Below the pieces are notes generated by a model that made no database searches, was not told the origin of the DNA, and saw only the letters and a list, made by a program, of their open reading frames with translations. Source: Blastocystis sp. Blastoise (Eukaryota > Protista > Bigyra: Opalinata). Taken from it: a stretch of DNA of 64,000 nucleotides. Positions within the stretch are counted from its first letter, which is position 1, and every line of letters begins with the position of its first letter. The translations under genes and the position numbers were made by a program. Below, piece after piece: positions 18,969 through 38,865 of this stretch. The DNA lies in contig JBBPEB010000014.1 of assembly GCA_039096225.1 (NCBI GenBank), positions 434,001-498,000 of the forward strand. Direction: 5' to 3'.

Positions 18969-19899
18969 TAAACTCAAAACGATTACAATAAATGGATAAC
19001 AATAAAAATAAAATAATTAGAAAACTGAGTTTAGCTCGTTTTTACATTCTACAAGAAAAACCCATAAAATACTAAAATAGACTACTAAAATTTGACAAAT
19101 TTCCATGAAAAAAAAAAGTACATATTATGTTAAAGGTTTAAAAACAGAATCATTTTTTTGAAGGATATGATCTTTTTATTTTGTATAGTTGAAAGAAGAC
19201 ATACTTTTGCATTGAATGCATACGTCTTCAGAATGGTAGAATCTACATCTAATTATAAGATTGTGAGAAATAATCCTAGTTGATAGAGTAATTGATCAAT
19301 TATGATGGTTTTATGGATAAACAATATCAACAGAATTCTTGTTGTTATGTAAAGAAGCAAATTAATTCGATATTTGATGAATGTAATACTTTTGAAGTGG
19401 ATTGTATTGTTAGTTGATATTTGTTATTCCCGTAAAGGCTTTGATGAATAGAAGAATGCTTGTAGATATAAATTGTGAAATAATCAATAAAGTTTGGAAT
19501 CGAGAAACTGTATTGATGAAAACTTAAACTGTTTTCTTTTCTGTAAAGTATATAAATAGTATTATCTTCATACACTATGCATACGTTACACTTTAATTCT
19601 CAAGTATTGACTAGTGTTCTTAATAAATGATGGAATATTGAATGCTTTTGATAAGAATAAAAATGTGTGTAATGAATAATATCCATAAGATTTCAAAAAT
19701 GGTTTTAAAATATATTAAATAAACAAAGTTATTTAATTAAAAAAAAGAGTATAGCTATTCTATAATAACACAGCACATAGAACATAAAAATAATATTTTA
19801 TTATCGTATCAGCAATAATCAAGAAAAAAAAGTAATCAGAAATACAATATAGAATAAAAATTGTATAATATAGTGTTATATATATATATATATTTATAT

Positions 19900-22523
19900 T
19901 TAAGACTTTGATAATTCAAGGAATTGTGTAAATGCAGAAGTTAATTCTTTTAATGTTGGCCTGGTATCTGGATTTGATTGAATACATTTCGATATAGCTT
20001 TATTAAGAGCTATATATATATATTCATTTATTTATCAACTAACTAAATAGGTATATATATAATATACATAAGGGCATAGATTCGCTAATAGTGATAATAA
20101 ACGAATTATTTTGTAAACTTTTCATCATCTATAGAAATAAAAATATATATGAATATTATATTCATTACATATTTAAATATATATATTGATAATATATAAT
20201 AAATAAATTAATAAAATATTAATTTAAAGATAAATAATATATATATATATATATACGTCAATATTAACAGCTTTCACATTAATAATAGTGGTTCCAGTAA
20301 GTATAAAATGTAAGAGATGTCCTAAAGTATATATATCTCCTTGAATAGAAGGAGGATTATAATTCAAATATTCTTGAGGTTGACTATAATAATAGATATA
20401 TATATATATATATTATTAATATACAATAATAAATAAAAAATAAATAATTAACAACAAATAAAGATAAAAAAAAAGAGTATATATATAATAATAATTATAT
20501 ATATATATATATACAAGTATTCTAGTTTATTAATATAGTTGACATCAGCATATCCGATTCCTTCTTGAAGCGAATATGCAGATAAACATAAGAATATATC
20601 ACCATTATAAACATAAAACTCATCAGGCTATATATGTATATATATATAGAATAAGAGAATAAGATAAAAAAGAAAATAAAAATAGAATAGAATATTATTT
20701 ATAATATCGTCCAATAGAATATAATAATAAAACAATAAATAAGAATAAAAGTAAGAAATAGTAATATACAGTAAGATGACGATGAATAATATGATGATTA
20801 TGGAGATCTTGAACTAGAGAGAGTACTTTTATACATAAAGAAACTTTGTCATTTAAGGATAGTATATCACTATATATTATATAGTATATAGTATATAGTA
20901 TAAAAATAATAGTAATGATTCTTTATACTTGGAATCATGTAAATATTGTTCTAATGACATTTCAAGGCATTTATTCGTTAAAACAGAAACATAATTAGAT
21001 TGAAATATTGTCAATCCAACTAACTATATATATATATTATAAATACTATAAATTCTAATAGAAAAAATAAATGTTTCAAATAAATAATATATTTATTATA
21101 TCAAGAATAAATAGAAAATAAAAAATGTTCAATAAATATACAGAGATAATATTTTTATTATTAAGAAGAGTATGAAGATAAAGAAAGTTAAAGAAACATA
21201 AAAGAGATTCATCATTCGATAGTTCAGGAAGAAGTAATGTCGTATATATCTTCTTATATTCACTTTAAAATAAATAGAATAAATAGAATAAATAGAATAA
21301 ATAGAATAAATAGAATAAATAAAATAAACAAAATAAATAGAATAAATAGAATAAATAGAATAAATAGAATAAATAGAATAAATAGAATAAATAAAATCCT
21401 TACACTAAAAAAATAGTAAAAAAAGTAGTTTTTCTTAATTGACGAATTTGAAGATAATCATTACGAGATATAAAAGTATCTATATATATATATTATAATG
21501 AGTATATAATAAACTAAAGGAAAATAAAGCAAAAATAAAGCAAAAATAAAACAAAAATAAAACAAAAATAAAACAAAAATAAAATATAATACTATATACA
21601 AGTAAGAATATTTGGTGTGAATGGCTTAAAAAAGGAAATTAAGTCTTGAGTTGACTTGGTATAAGTTTTAAATAATTTATTAATTATTTTATAAGTATAA
21701 GGGTTACCAAGAAGAAGCTTTTGAGATTCCTTAGGGGGCCTATATAATTATATTTATAAGAATATATATATAAAACTAATTTATTATCATTATAAGCAAC
21801 AAATAAAAATAAATAAATTAATAAATTAAAAAATAAATAAACCTTTTTACAAACATAAAAACAATTTATTATAATTAAAAACAATCAATAAATAAATATA
21901 AACAAATTATAACTACTTTAAAGTAACATAAAACTAAACAATAAAAACAAAAAAAAAAACTATACATACATTCGTTCAATATCAATAAATCTGGACATAA
22001 TATCATATAACTGTAGTAGTAACCAACTTAATGACATTTTCTAAACATGTATTTATGAATTATTAGAATAATAAAGTACCGAAAACCAATCTTTGAAATT
22101 TTCTGGTTTAATAATATTATTTTCAATCTTATCTTTGAATTCCTCTTTTATAAAATACTTTTCTATACGATATATATGTAAATTTTAATAAGAAAAGGCA
22201 ACAAAATTTTAAATAAAAATAAATATAATTAACAAACCATTCATTATTTGGACAATTGGGATTTGATATGAAATACTCAACCATGGCATGCTAATATTCA
22301 GACACAGACTTTCTTTTTTATAATCCAATAAAAAACTAACATTAATATCTAGTGACTTTCGATCTTTTGAAAACTTAATAAGATCTATTTTCATCTTATT
22401 CAGATCCAACAAATTCAAATTTGCAAGGATCTCCTAATTGACATAGAATGTGATCAATATATAATCCCATACTTTGTGTTCATCTAACACCTCAGATATT
22501 TTATCTAAATTCTCCTTATTCAT
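19900..22523 (-). CDS. Protein-kinase-fold pseudokinase (13 exons), mostly missed by the ORF track
   Basis: LEQYLH, DLHNHHIIHRHLT|PDEFYV, QPQEY, GDIYTLG, KCIQSNPDTRPTLKEL. Twelve GT-AG introns give an intact frame. Confidence 0.8.
21271..21392. repeat. Intronic 9-mer tandem repeat (AAATAGAAT)n
   Basis: Directly visible. Confidence 0.9.
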
Positions 22524-24849
22524 TTTATTATTAAATAAGAAAATATTAACTAAATATTTATGGTTTTTTATAGAAAATTGCTGTCTTTCTAGTATTTTAC
22601 ATGTGTTTTTTCGTATAAAATACTTCTATCAACAACATAAACAAAGTGAGTTACACTATACCTGAATGAACAAACATAATACAACTCAAAAAGACAATTA
22701 AAAAAAGAAAATTAGTTCTCGTCTTATGTTAAGATAATCTCTTATAAATTTGTTTATTACACTCAAACATAGTCAATTCTTAAGATGAACTTAAGACAGT
22801 ATATAATGAAACAAAATATAAATAAAAAAACTGAGAAGAATTAAAAAAACTAAATCTGTTTTCTATACATAATTCCACATGGTTTTCAACTACAAACTTT
22901 TTTTGAAACAATATTATTAGGCTATTTTGATGCAAATTCTTTACTAACTTACTTTTTTGTTATTCCTATATTTTATATGTGTTATTAGTATAACAAATAA
23001 AACAAAAAAGAGACAAATAAATACTTGTTGAATACCATCTTCACGTATATTGGCACTAAACAACAGTCAATAGATGCATCAACTATAATATTATATGGAT
23101 AATCTATTCATTTAGTTACTTGCTCAATTTAATATAGTCAAAAATGAAATTATAAAAACATCAAATATCTTAACTAACAAGATAACCAGTATTTATGATC
23201 ATAAAGATGGATCTCATCATTCATTTAATCATAATCAGTCTCGTTTACAAATAAGGATATTTAAAATTTGACTCTATTTGATAAAGATTGAAATTTATTG
23301 CATTTTTGTCTGATCGTTGATCAAATTGAATATATGTGCATCTTTTTATAATGAATCTGATAAATATTGTCTAGACATATAGAAAGAACATAGTATAGCA
23401 AGAGAACAAAAACTAGTGTGAGAATTATTTTGAATTCTTTTGTTTATATTTTAAATCATTGATCCTTGATTTATATTGCTTTGCAAACTAATGAATGGTT
23501 CTTAGAAACATAATGGAAATAAAAAAGAAGTTCGTTGTATGAAAAATTATTTTCTATTTGATCAAATAGTAATAGTCTTATTTGGTGTATTATTCATCGA
23601 GTTTATATATTTGAATAGTTTTGCAATGATTGTAATTGTAGAATATGTTGTGTTTATTAAAAATATATGTTTTTACTCACTTGTTAATAAAGCTATAAAT
23701 CACTGTGTTTATCACGTCTTTCCTATCAATTATAATACTTTTTTAATATAAAAAGATAGATTTATATATAAAATCCATTAATATATTCATTGTTCACAAT
23801 TTTATGTGGTATAAATGTTCATAATCATTTGTATTCATATTCTTGGTTTTCATTATAGTTTGAAAAACTAAACTCAAATAGAATTGTAGTTATTTTCTTT
23901 TTGAGTTTTCAATATAAAAATTGATTGGATTATTATTGTTGTATTTATTTCCACATCTGCTGTGGATGCTTCTAAGAATTCTTTTTTCATAACTTAATTA
24001 TTTTGATTTTTAAAATGCGAAGATCTACTTTTTCATAATAACAACACTATTTTTAATGCTCAGTTTTTAGTATTCATTTCATTCTATTCATTGCTTTAAG
24101 AATAGTTTTTTTCAAATAAATATATATTCTTATGTTGAATAGATATGAATAGAGTAGTAAAATGTTGTTTATGATGAACATAACACACTACACTATTTCG
24201 AAGAATTAAAACTGAATTGGTAGTGAGATATTGACTATTATAAAGTCTTTCTTTTTATATATAAATAAAAGTATTTATTATTCTTTTAGTACTTGACGAA
24301 ATGTTTATTTATTAATTTATGTGATACTAATTTTGGTTTTCTAGTAATATAAAAAAAAAATTAAATGATTTTCTTGAGTTTATGCAACTTGTGACTATCA
24401 AAAACACTTAAAATATACGTTTATTATCATTGAAACATAGGTTTAAACAAGATAAATATATGCTTTTATCATTCACTTCAATATAACTTTACATAAACAA
24501 AACATTAAGATATATATATTGACAATAAATATTAAAAATTCAGTAATAGTAGCTATGAAAAATAATATTATATATATTAATAAGAATTCAAAAAAAAAGA
24601 CAGGAAACGGTTAAAAAGATGAAAAAATTATTTAACGAGCTATTTAAATTTAATTAAAAAAATATCTATCATAAAAAAATAATAAATATGGTTTTATAAA
24701 AACAAAAATATATGGTTTCAAATAATAGAAATAAAAGTAAAAATAAAAATAGTTCTATGTATATATATAGGAATAGTTATATATATAGAAAGATAATATA
24801 GAAATCAGATGATGAGAAATAGTAGCTATTCATGATTAATAAAAAATCT

Positions 24850-26351
24850 TTATTCTTTTTCTTCTTTTAAATTATTTGTAGTATTGTTTTGATCATCATT
24901 ATTCTCATTATTAGCGTCAGAAGTATTAGCTAAGCTGTTTTCATTATTATTATTATTATCGTTATTATTATTATTATTAACATCATTATCATTTTCTTTT
25001 TGAGAAACATTATATATAGATACTTTGGATATGCCCCCCTTATCATTATTCTCGATTTTAATACCAAAAGTTGGCATTTGATATATTATTTCTTCTTTTG
25101 ATTTATCCATTTTTATCTATATACATATATATTATAGATTATAATATTTAGTATTTATTTATTAATGCTATATATATATATATACTGTAACAGGAGCATC
25201 ATTAATACCTGTTTCAATTGTATACATAATATCTATATAATAAATATATAATAAATATATAATAAATATATAATAAATATATAATAAATATATAATAAAT
25301 ATATAATAAATATATAATAAATATATAATAAACATATAATAAATGTATTTTAATTTTAAATACCATTTTGAATGTTATTAAAGAATTGAATAGCCTGTTG
25401 TCCATTAATTAAAACCGCGGGAATTGGGCTTTTATATTCAACAGGGATACCTCCAAAAGTATACATATAAGAAGATGGATCCATATTTAACACAATCATA
25501 CCCACAGCACCTGAATTCTATATATATATATATATATTGAATAAACTACAATATATTTATTAATATTTGAATAATCATGGAATGAAAAATAATAAATAAC
25601 AATAGAATATACTAGCATATAGAATATTCAGATATAAATAGAACTATCTATATAATATTCAAATATAAAAACAAATATATACAACAACATTTCTTGCTTT
25701 TTCAAAGAAGGTACAATTTCCTCGAATAGTGACGACGATTCTCCCGCGGGAATACTTAGGATCTAAAGGTCCACAAGCTAAATAAGGTAGATATTGTTCT
25801 TTGCTAATAATAGAGTCAATATGAATAATATTCGGATTATATGTAGATATATATTGAGCTAGAATAAGAGGAGCAGTAATATTAGTAGGTATATTTGAAT
25901 ATGTAGAAATAGAACAAGGATAGGCTTCTTGAATATGATCAGGGAATATATTATTATATAGAGGAGAAAATAAAGAGAAGGACAAAGGAGAAAAGAAATA
26001 GGAAACAAAATCAAATACTTTATCATTTTTAGTTCTCTTGTCAAATGATTCCCGTAAATATAATACTAAATCAGGGTACTTATTAAGTTCAGATGAGAAA
26101 AGTGAATAGAAAATAGAGTTATATTTATTCTTCATAATTGAATCCTCAAGTAAATTATCAATAATCTTTTGTATATATCGACTAGTAAATATAGTAAAAC
26201 TACGTTGATATAATACAGTTTGTATTTCTTCTTCGTTATATATAGTTAATAAATAAGGATATTCAATTGATTCATTTATACGACTAAATAGACCATCATC
26301 ATTCTTATAATTATGGAATTCAAATAAGAATAAATCTCTTGAAATTTGTTC

Positions 26352-26394
<43 letters not shown>

Positions 26395-28840
26395 TCCATC
26401 AGCCAATCGATTTCTAAAGACGTATAAGGAATAGTTTTCTTCTTATTAATATCATTATCATTTTTATTTATAGAAGGTAATATACTATCATTATCTTCTT
26501 CTTCTTCTTCAATATTAGTAAATTGACTATTTTGTACATTATTCATTTCTTCTTCTTCTTCTATAACAATCATAGGATCTTTTCCTTCTTCTACTCCTCT
26601 CTTTATATCATTATTCTTTTCTTCATTCTTCTTTTTATTTTCTTCAATTTCAATTTTTAATTCTTCTAATATGCGTTTATATTGTTTAATACCTTGAGTA
26701 CTATTTATATATATATTATACTCATCCAAAATTTCTTTAAATGTATTATCTATAAAATTATATTTTTCTTTATTAGATAATTCATTATACACTAGATCTA
26801 AGAATTGTCTTCTTGTTATATTGATTATCTCGGACTGAATAATTGATATTCTTGTTGACATTTTCTTTGTATTTTCTTCCTCTTCTGTCAATACTTTAGG
26901 TTGTAATACAGAAGTTGACTCAACAGGGGACTCATATATATATGTATCAGGAATCAATGTATGCCCTTTATATAAATAATAGTTATAATTATATTAAGTA
27001 TATATTAAAAACAATACTTGAATAAACTTGACAAGAAATTGGTCCTTGAGGAGTTGAATATAAATTTTCATAGATCCCCGCGGGAGATATATATGAAAAA
27101 GGATAGGGTGGTAAAGATTCTTTGATATATATACTTTCTTTATTCCTATATATAATGTAAATTGTGATTAATTATTTATTTAAAATAAATTTATAAATAT
27201 GTTATTTTTATTTAAAAAAATATTAATTATAATTAATAAATCTACTATTGATGATAAAATAAATATAATAATTTATGAATATAATAACACAAAAAACTCA
27301 AATATATAGTTCATAAAAATAATAATAACATTTAAAATCTATATATAATAATAATAATAATAAAAAAAATAGTTTATGAATAAAATAATACACACAATAA
27401 TTCACATAATAATAGATAAAAAAAATTATAATAATTCTGTATATACTTTCTGGATACTAAGAAGATACCTCCCTGAGGAGTGTTATATATAGAATACCAA
27501 GTAGTAGGAGGAACAAATAAATCCTTTATTTTCGTCAATTCCCCACGGTAATTGTTTGGAATTAAGTCTTCATCTGTGAGTTGGTCATCAGGAACAGAAT
27601 CCTCTTGTTTTGGAATAGTATTCTGTTTCTTTATTTGATTGAATAATTGTTTCATAATATTATTTGCATCTATAGAATTTAGATTTTGTGTATTTAATTG
27701 ATGATCTTGAGAATAAGAAGAAGAAAGAGAAGGAATACTATTTTGAGTCCATGAGTAACTGCGACTATTTAGCATATCTTCATAAGTAGAAATATAATGA
27801 TCTTTATTCATAAATAAAGAGTCATAAGAATAATAAACATATGGAATACATTGATTCATATTTTTATGATAATTATATTTATATAAAGATTCAGGATATA
27901 AATATAATGAAGTACAGTGATTATTTCTATTTAATAAAAATGGAATCGACATTTCAATGTCCTGTTTATTCATTAACTATATATATATAAGAGTATATAA
28001 AGTATTATATAGTATATATATACATAGAGAAGTCGTTTAGTATCTTTAGGGAAATATAAATCCATCATGTGACCCTCTGTAGTGAATATATATCGAGAAG
28101 ATCGATATATATTATCCTATATATATATTATGATATTATGTATATAATAATAATATATATAATATAGAAATATTATTATTAAATATATGTAATATATATA
28201 ATACAATAATATTATTATTAAATATACGTAATATAATAAAAACAATAGTAAACAAAAATAGGATAGTCAATATATTATAAATGATTATAAGTATACATTA
28301 TCTAAGACTAAGTACATATATTTAAGTGTTTCAGAAAGGACATAAGAAGGCATATTATCGAGTATTTGACCTGAATTTACATTATGAACAGTGGCAAATC
28401 CACACTATATATATAGAGTTATATAAATATATATGCAAATAATATAAAGTAGATATATATATATATAATCTATATTAATAATTAGAGAGAGAATATATGA
28501 TATGAATATACTTTAGTTCTTGTGTTTTCAATAGTATGAATATAATCTGTAGCTACATATTGATATAGAGTATCGTTTGTTGCTTGTAGATAATAAAGAA
28601 CAGATTCTATAAGTTCAGGTCGAAGAGAATAACTATATATAAATGATAATATATACTGTATTTAAATCATATAAAAATATTATATATAGATGATATGAAA
28701 AAATTATAATAATATAAAAAGCAGAGGATATATATATAATTAAATATATAAATATAATAAAAAATGAATAATCATTTACATATATAACCTTAAAAGATAT
28801 ATGTAAAACATGAATAATAATATATGTATATGTAATACAA

Positions 28841-28875
<35 letters not shown>

Positions 28876-28880
28876 ATATA

Positions 28881-28955
<75 letters not shown>

Positions 28956-30567
28956 ATATATAAATAAATAAATAAATAAATAAATATATAAATACTGTTC
29001 ACCAGAATTATAGAGTTGTTTGGAGAGATAATTAAAGTGTTCTGGTAAATATCCATAAGTCTTATATACACTTAAGAATAAGTCAATTGTTTCCTTTGCT
29101 TTTGTTATATCCCCCAAAAGAACTTGTATTTCACCCCAAAAAGCAGATAGTGAATACGATTGAGGAACATATGTAGATGATTGGTGAATATCAATTGAAG
29201 ATATCCAGTGGTAAGCATCCTAGTATATATATATATAAGTATGATGTATGTATAGAGCATATATATATATATATATGTTGAATAAGGATTATATAAAATT
29301 ATGAATAATAATAATATATATATATACCTGATTATATGTTTGAATAGCAGCATAAGCATGTGTCATAATAGAAGAGAGAGAAGGATCTTGAAAGTATATA
29401 GAACTCTTTAATAAATATTCATAGAAAGAATCACTATTTGGACCAACACATGAAGCAGTCTAAAGATTATATATATATATATATATATGAATAGTATACT
29501 TACAAATAATAAATATAAATATATAAATATATAAATTATAATTCTAATAACTATAATGATAATTTTAATAAAAATAATAATAACTATAATAATAATAAAC
29601 AAAAAAAAATATATACTTCTGTCCATTCTCCTGTTTGTGTATTAATATGTTTTCCATATAAATCATAATCATTTTTATATTTATAGAATGATAATAATGC
29701 TTTTCTTGCTTCTAAGTAATAAGTATAATTGTGTGTAAGAATACTTAATTGACCGAATTCTAAAAGAAGACTACCTGAACCAGCTAAAGATGATATCGGA
29801 GTTTCCTAAAAAAATAAAATATATATAGATATTAGCATTATATAAATAAAATAATAAACTACAAATCATTAATTAGAAGGTAATAAAAATATATATTATT
29901 AAAAGAAGAATAAATAAATGTATATATATAAATATGCATACATGAGGAGGTACTCCTTTTCTTAAGTTCACCGTACCAAATGGAATTCCAGTTTTTGTAC
30001 GAAAGGCGGGTAACAATCGATTTCCAAGATCAACGGCAAGATCTAGAAGATGTCCTGTATATATATAAGAACCATTAACGTTATAAGAAGGAAGAGAACT
30101 ATAGACATTAGTATAAAAAGGAAAATTATAAGGATCCCCATGGGATTTCTTGATATGTTCTAGGAATCGATAATCTTGTTTGATCGTAAGAGGAAATAAT
30201 TCATAAACCATTTCATATATAGGATTATATATATAATGTGGATCTCTTTTATATATATATATAGATTCTTTATCATATATAGAAATATTTTGAATTAATA
30301 GAGATGGATAAAGAATATGAATATCAGATATATTATATTTTGTATAGAGATGTGTAGCGTTACTAAGAATCATGGAGTGCGCGGTCAATAGCCCGCCAAG
30401 AACACGAATTGTAGTCTCAAAAACAGATACATTAATATCAATATCAAAACTATTCAATCCTCTATAGTGATGAAAAATAAGCTTTTAAAATAGTGATTGC
30501 TAATATAATAATAATAATTATTATTATTATTTATTATTTATTATTTATAATAATAATAATAATAATA

Positions 30568-30623
<56 letters not shown>

Positions 30624-31746
30624 TTAACATATATATACTCTAATAATTCCACATTTCTTCGGAATCCTTCATAATCTCCAAGAACAAGAAAAGTGTCTAA
30701 ACTGTCGATTAGAGTTAAATAAGGTACTGGAGAAAGCGAGAAATAACCGCGGGAACAGGATATAGGAGAAACTTCTGAGGATGGGAATCCATAATAAAGA
30801 TAATTATGATAACTATATAGAATATATATAAAGAAGAGAGAATACAAGCATATATATATATACCCATGATAAAACATTTCTTTAATTTTATTCATTTGAC
30901 TATGACGGGTTTCCTATATTATAATAATAAATAAATAATAATATTAATAAATAGTATAACATAATCCTATATATATATAGAATAAAAAGTATACAGAATC
31001 CATAGCATAATCATTTTTCCCTTTATAATAAACATATTTATAAGGTAATTCTTCTTGATCATATATATTATTACATAAGAGAGAATTACAAACTCTGAAA
31101 GTATAAGAATTATTCTTCATTTGTTCTACACTCTGTATATATAAAGAATCTTTACCCCTATTCGTCTCTTTTGTATAATAATCGCAACATTGATAAATAA
31201 CCTATATAAATAATATTTATAACATTATATATATATATATATTGAGAGAGAGAAAGAGAAAATAGGAATAATACCTTTGATTTCTTTATAAAGGACCCTT
31301 TAGTGGGTAGTATATAATACTCTATATGTTGAGACTATAATAGAAACAAAAATTATTATTTAAAAGAGAGAAACAAGATTGATTTATACATTAACTGAAT
31401 CTTCACAATATCCTAAGGAGTAACGAAAAATACCAAGATTACGAATAATTTTTAATTCAGTATCTAACACTTGAATATTTTTATAATGACATAATTCATA
31501 TTTCTATGTATAGAACAATTAGAGAAAACAATTTTGGTATATATATCATACATATTTTGAGTCTTGTTCTTGAAAAACAGAGCATTTGCCTTTCAAAGTT
31601 GAATTTAGAATTTGGCTTCTACATAAAAAGTTAAATACACTATAGAATACATAGAAATACTGTTCTAGATATAAGCATTCTGATGCTTCTGACAAGTAAG
31701 GCGAAATGAAAAGCCAGATTGCATAAAATAGAATTGTAAACGCCAT
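24850..31746 (-). CDS. EDEM: EDEM3/Htm1-like GH47 alpha-1,2-mannosidase with signal peptide, N-terminal MRH-like domain and C-terminal PA domain (about 20 exons)
   Basis: KEMFYHG|[93 protein letters not shown] domain: [14 protein letters not shown]|NSGAVGMIV. Confidence 0.92.
28841..28985. repeat. Intronic (AAAT)n microsatellite
   Basis: Directly visible; similar arrays lie near 13714-13783 and 17030-17160. Confidence 0.9.
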
Positions 31747-32486
31747 CGACAGAGTTATCCTATGAGTGGAATCTATTTTTATAAAGAAAATAACGAATTG
31801 TTCAAGGATAAAAAGGCAAAAAACAAAGTTTTTGATTGTTCAACATTTCCCATGAAACAACAATTCATTTCACTTATTTCTTCATTTTGTTCCTGGAAGT
31901 AAACATTTTTTAAAAAATTCCTTATAATCCTTTGCTTATTTTGAATTATAGAATATAAAGCATAAAGTTCGTTGTTTCTAGTAATAATAAAGTGAGTTAT
32001 ATTGATCAAATATTTAGAATATCAAAAATATGATTTCAATTTTGTTACTTTAGAAAAATAAATGATTTGGCTTGATTCTAAAATGTTAACAACATTTCAA
32101 ACCGTAAGTTAAAAATAAAATCATAGACAAATATTGTGAAAACAGAAATGATCAATTTGATCTGACTCTTTTGAATTTAGTTTTGCTTCGATATGTTTCG
32201 AGATTATTGTTTTAAATCTTATATTTATTAAATTAAGATAGTATATTAAAAAGTATCAAAACAAAATGAGATTAATAAAACAACCGCGTGAAAAACCGCC
32301 AAAAAAATAAGATAAAATAGATATTCATGTTTCTTTTCTTTATTTGACTTATAAAATTTTAAAAAATCGTGAATGTGAGATTTTTGTGGGTTTTTCGATT
32401 GAGTATTTCCCACTTTTTTTGGAAATAGTTCCCTCCAGTATGACTTATTTAAAAGAACAATTTATTTTGATTAGTTTGTTGCTTAA

Positions 32487-38092
<5,606 letters not shown>

Positions 38093-38865
38093 ATAGTATA
38101 ACATATATATATATATATTTATGTATTTATTTCTCTATATCTATTTTTATGCTCTTCTTATTTTATATTCTTTTCTTTTTCATTATTTTCATCCCAGTTA
38201 CTTTTCTTTTCTCATATATTTTCACTTTTTCTTGTCTTCTTTCTCCTTAAAACTATATCTTCTAAAAAAGTTCTTAAACGGTCTTGTTTTCTTTATTTCA
38301 AACTCTCTCAAATAGAACACAACTATTTTTACTATTTTTTCTAATTATTACAGATTATATCAAAATACCAATTGATTTATCAAGTCGACATATTCATAGA
38401 CACAACAAACGACTATTTGACTCCAATTTATTCACATTATTATTTAAATACTCTAAGAATTCTCACTTTTATTCAACTGTCATTGTGCATTCTGATTCAG
38501 ATTGTTGTGGAATACTGTCTGATAGAGTCAGCATAAAAATAGCGATTGAAGAAAGTGAAGAATCATATGTGACGTGGAAATTATTCTCTATTTTAATATT
38601 ATTAGTAGTTTACTATGACAAACAGTTCGTCCATCATTCTTTCATATCATTCCTCCACACAAATGATACTCATTCAAACCTTTTCTCACTGAAAACATTT
38701 TTCTTTTTGAAAAAAAACTGTATACTTTTTTTCTATTGGGCAATTTCCTTTTTTTGTTCCATAAAATAACGACGCGTTTCTCTCAATATTATTGGAAAAG
38801 GTTCCATTTCTTTTTGTAATTCATTTTTAATTTCAAATCATAATTATACTTATTATATATACATC

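Noticed and set aside
19345-19575. Short intergenic ORFs (also 23539-23751, 31779-32009, 47714-47917, 62818-63186)
   Set aside because: No recognisable motifs, no supporting splice structure, composition like non-coding DNA.
21264-21266. AAG acceptors (also in EDEM, the homeobox gene, MOGS and cathepsin)
   Set aside because: Still AG-ending and frame-preserving, so ordinary variation.
24171-24216. Possible C/D snoRNA (ATGATGA...CTGA)
   Set aside because: Too short, no terminal stem or second box pair, and such words are common in AT-rich DNA.
38284-38769. 161-aa stop-free ORF
   Set aside because: TTG start with no in-frame ATG, no motif, and it overlaps the expected UTR/promoter space between two genes.
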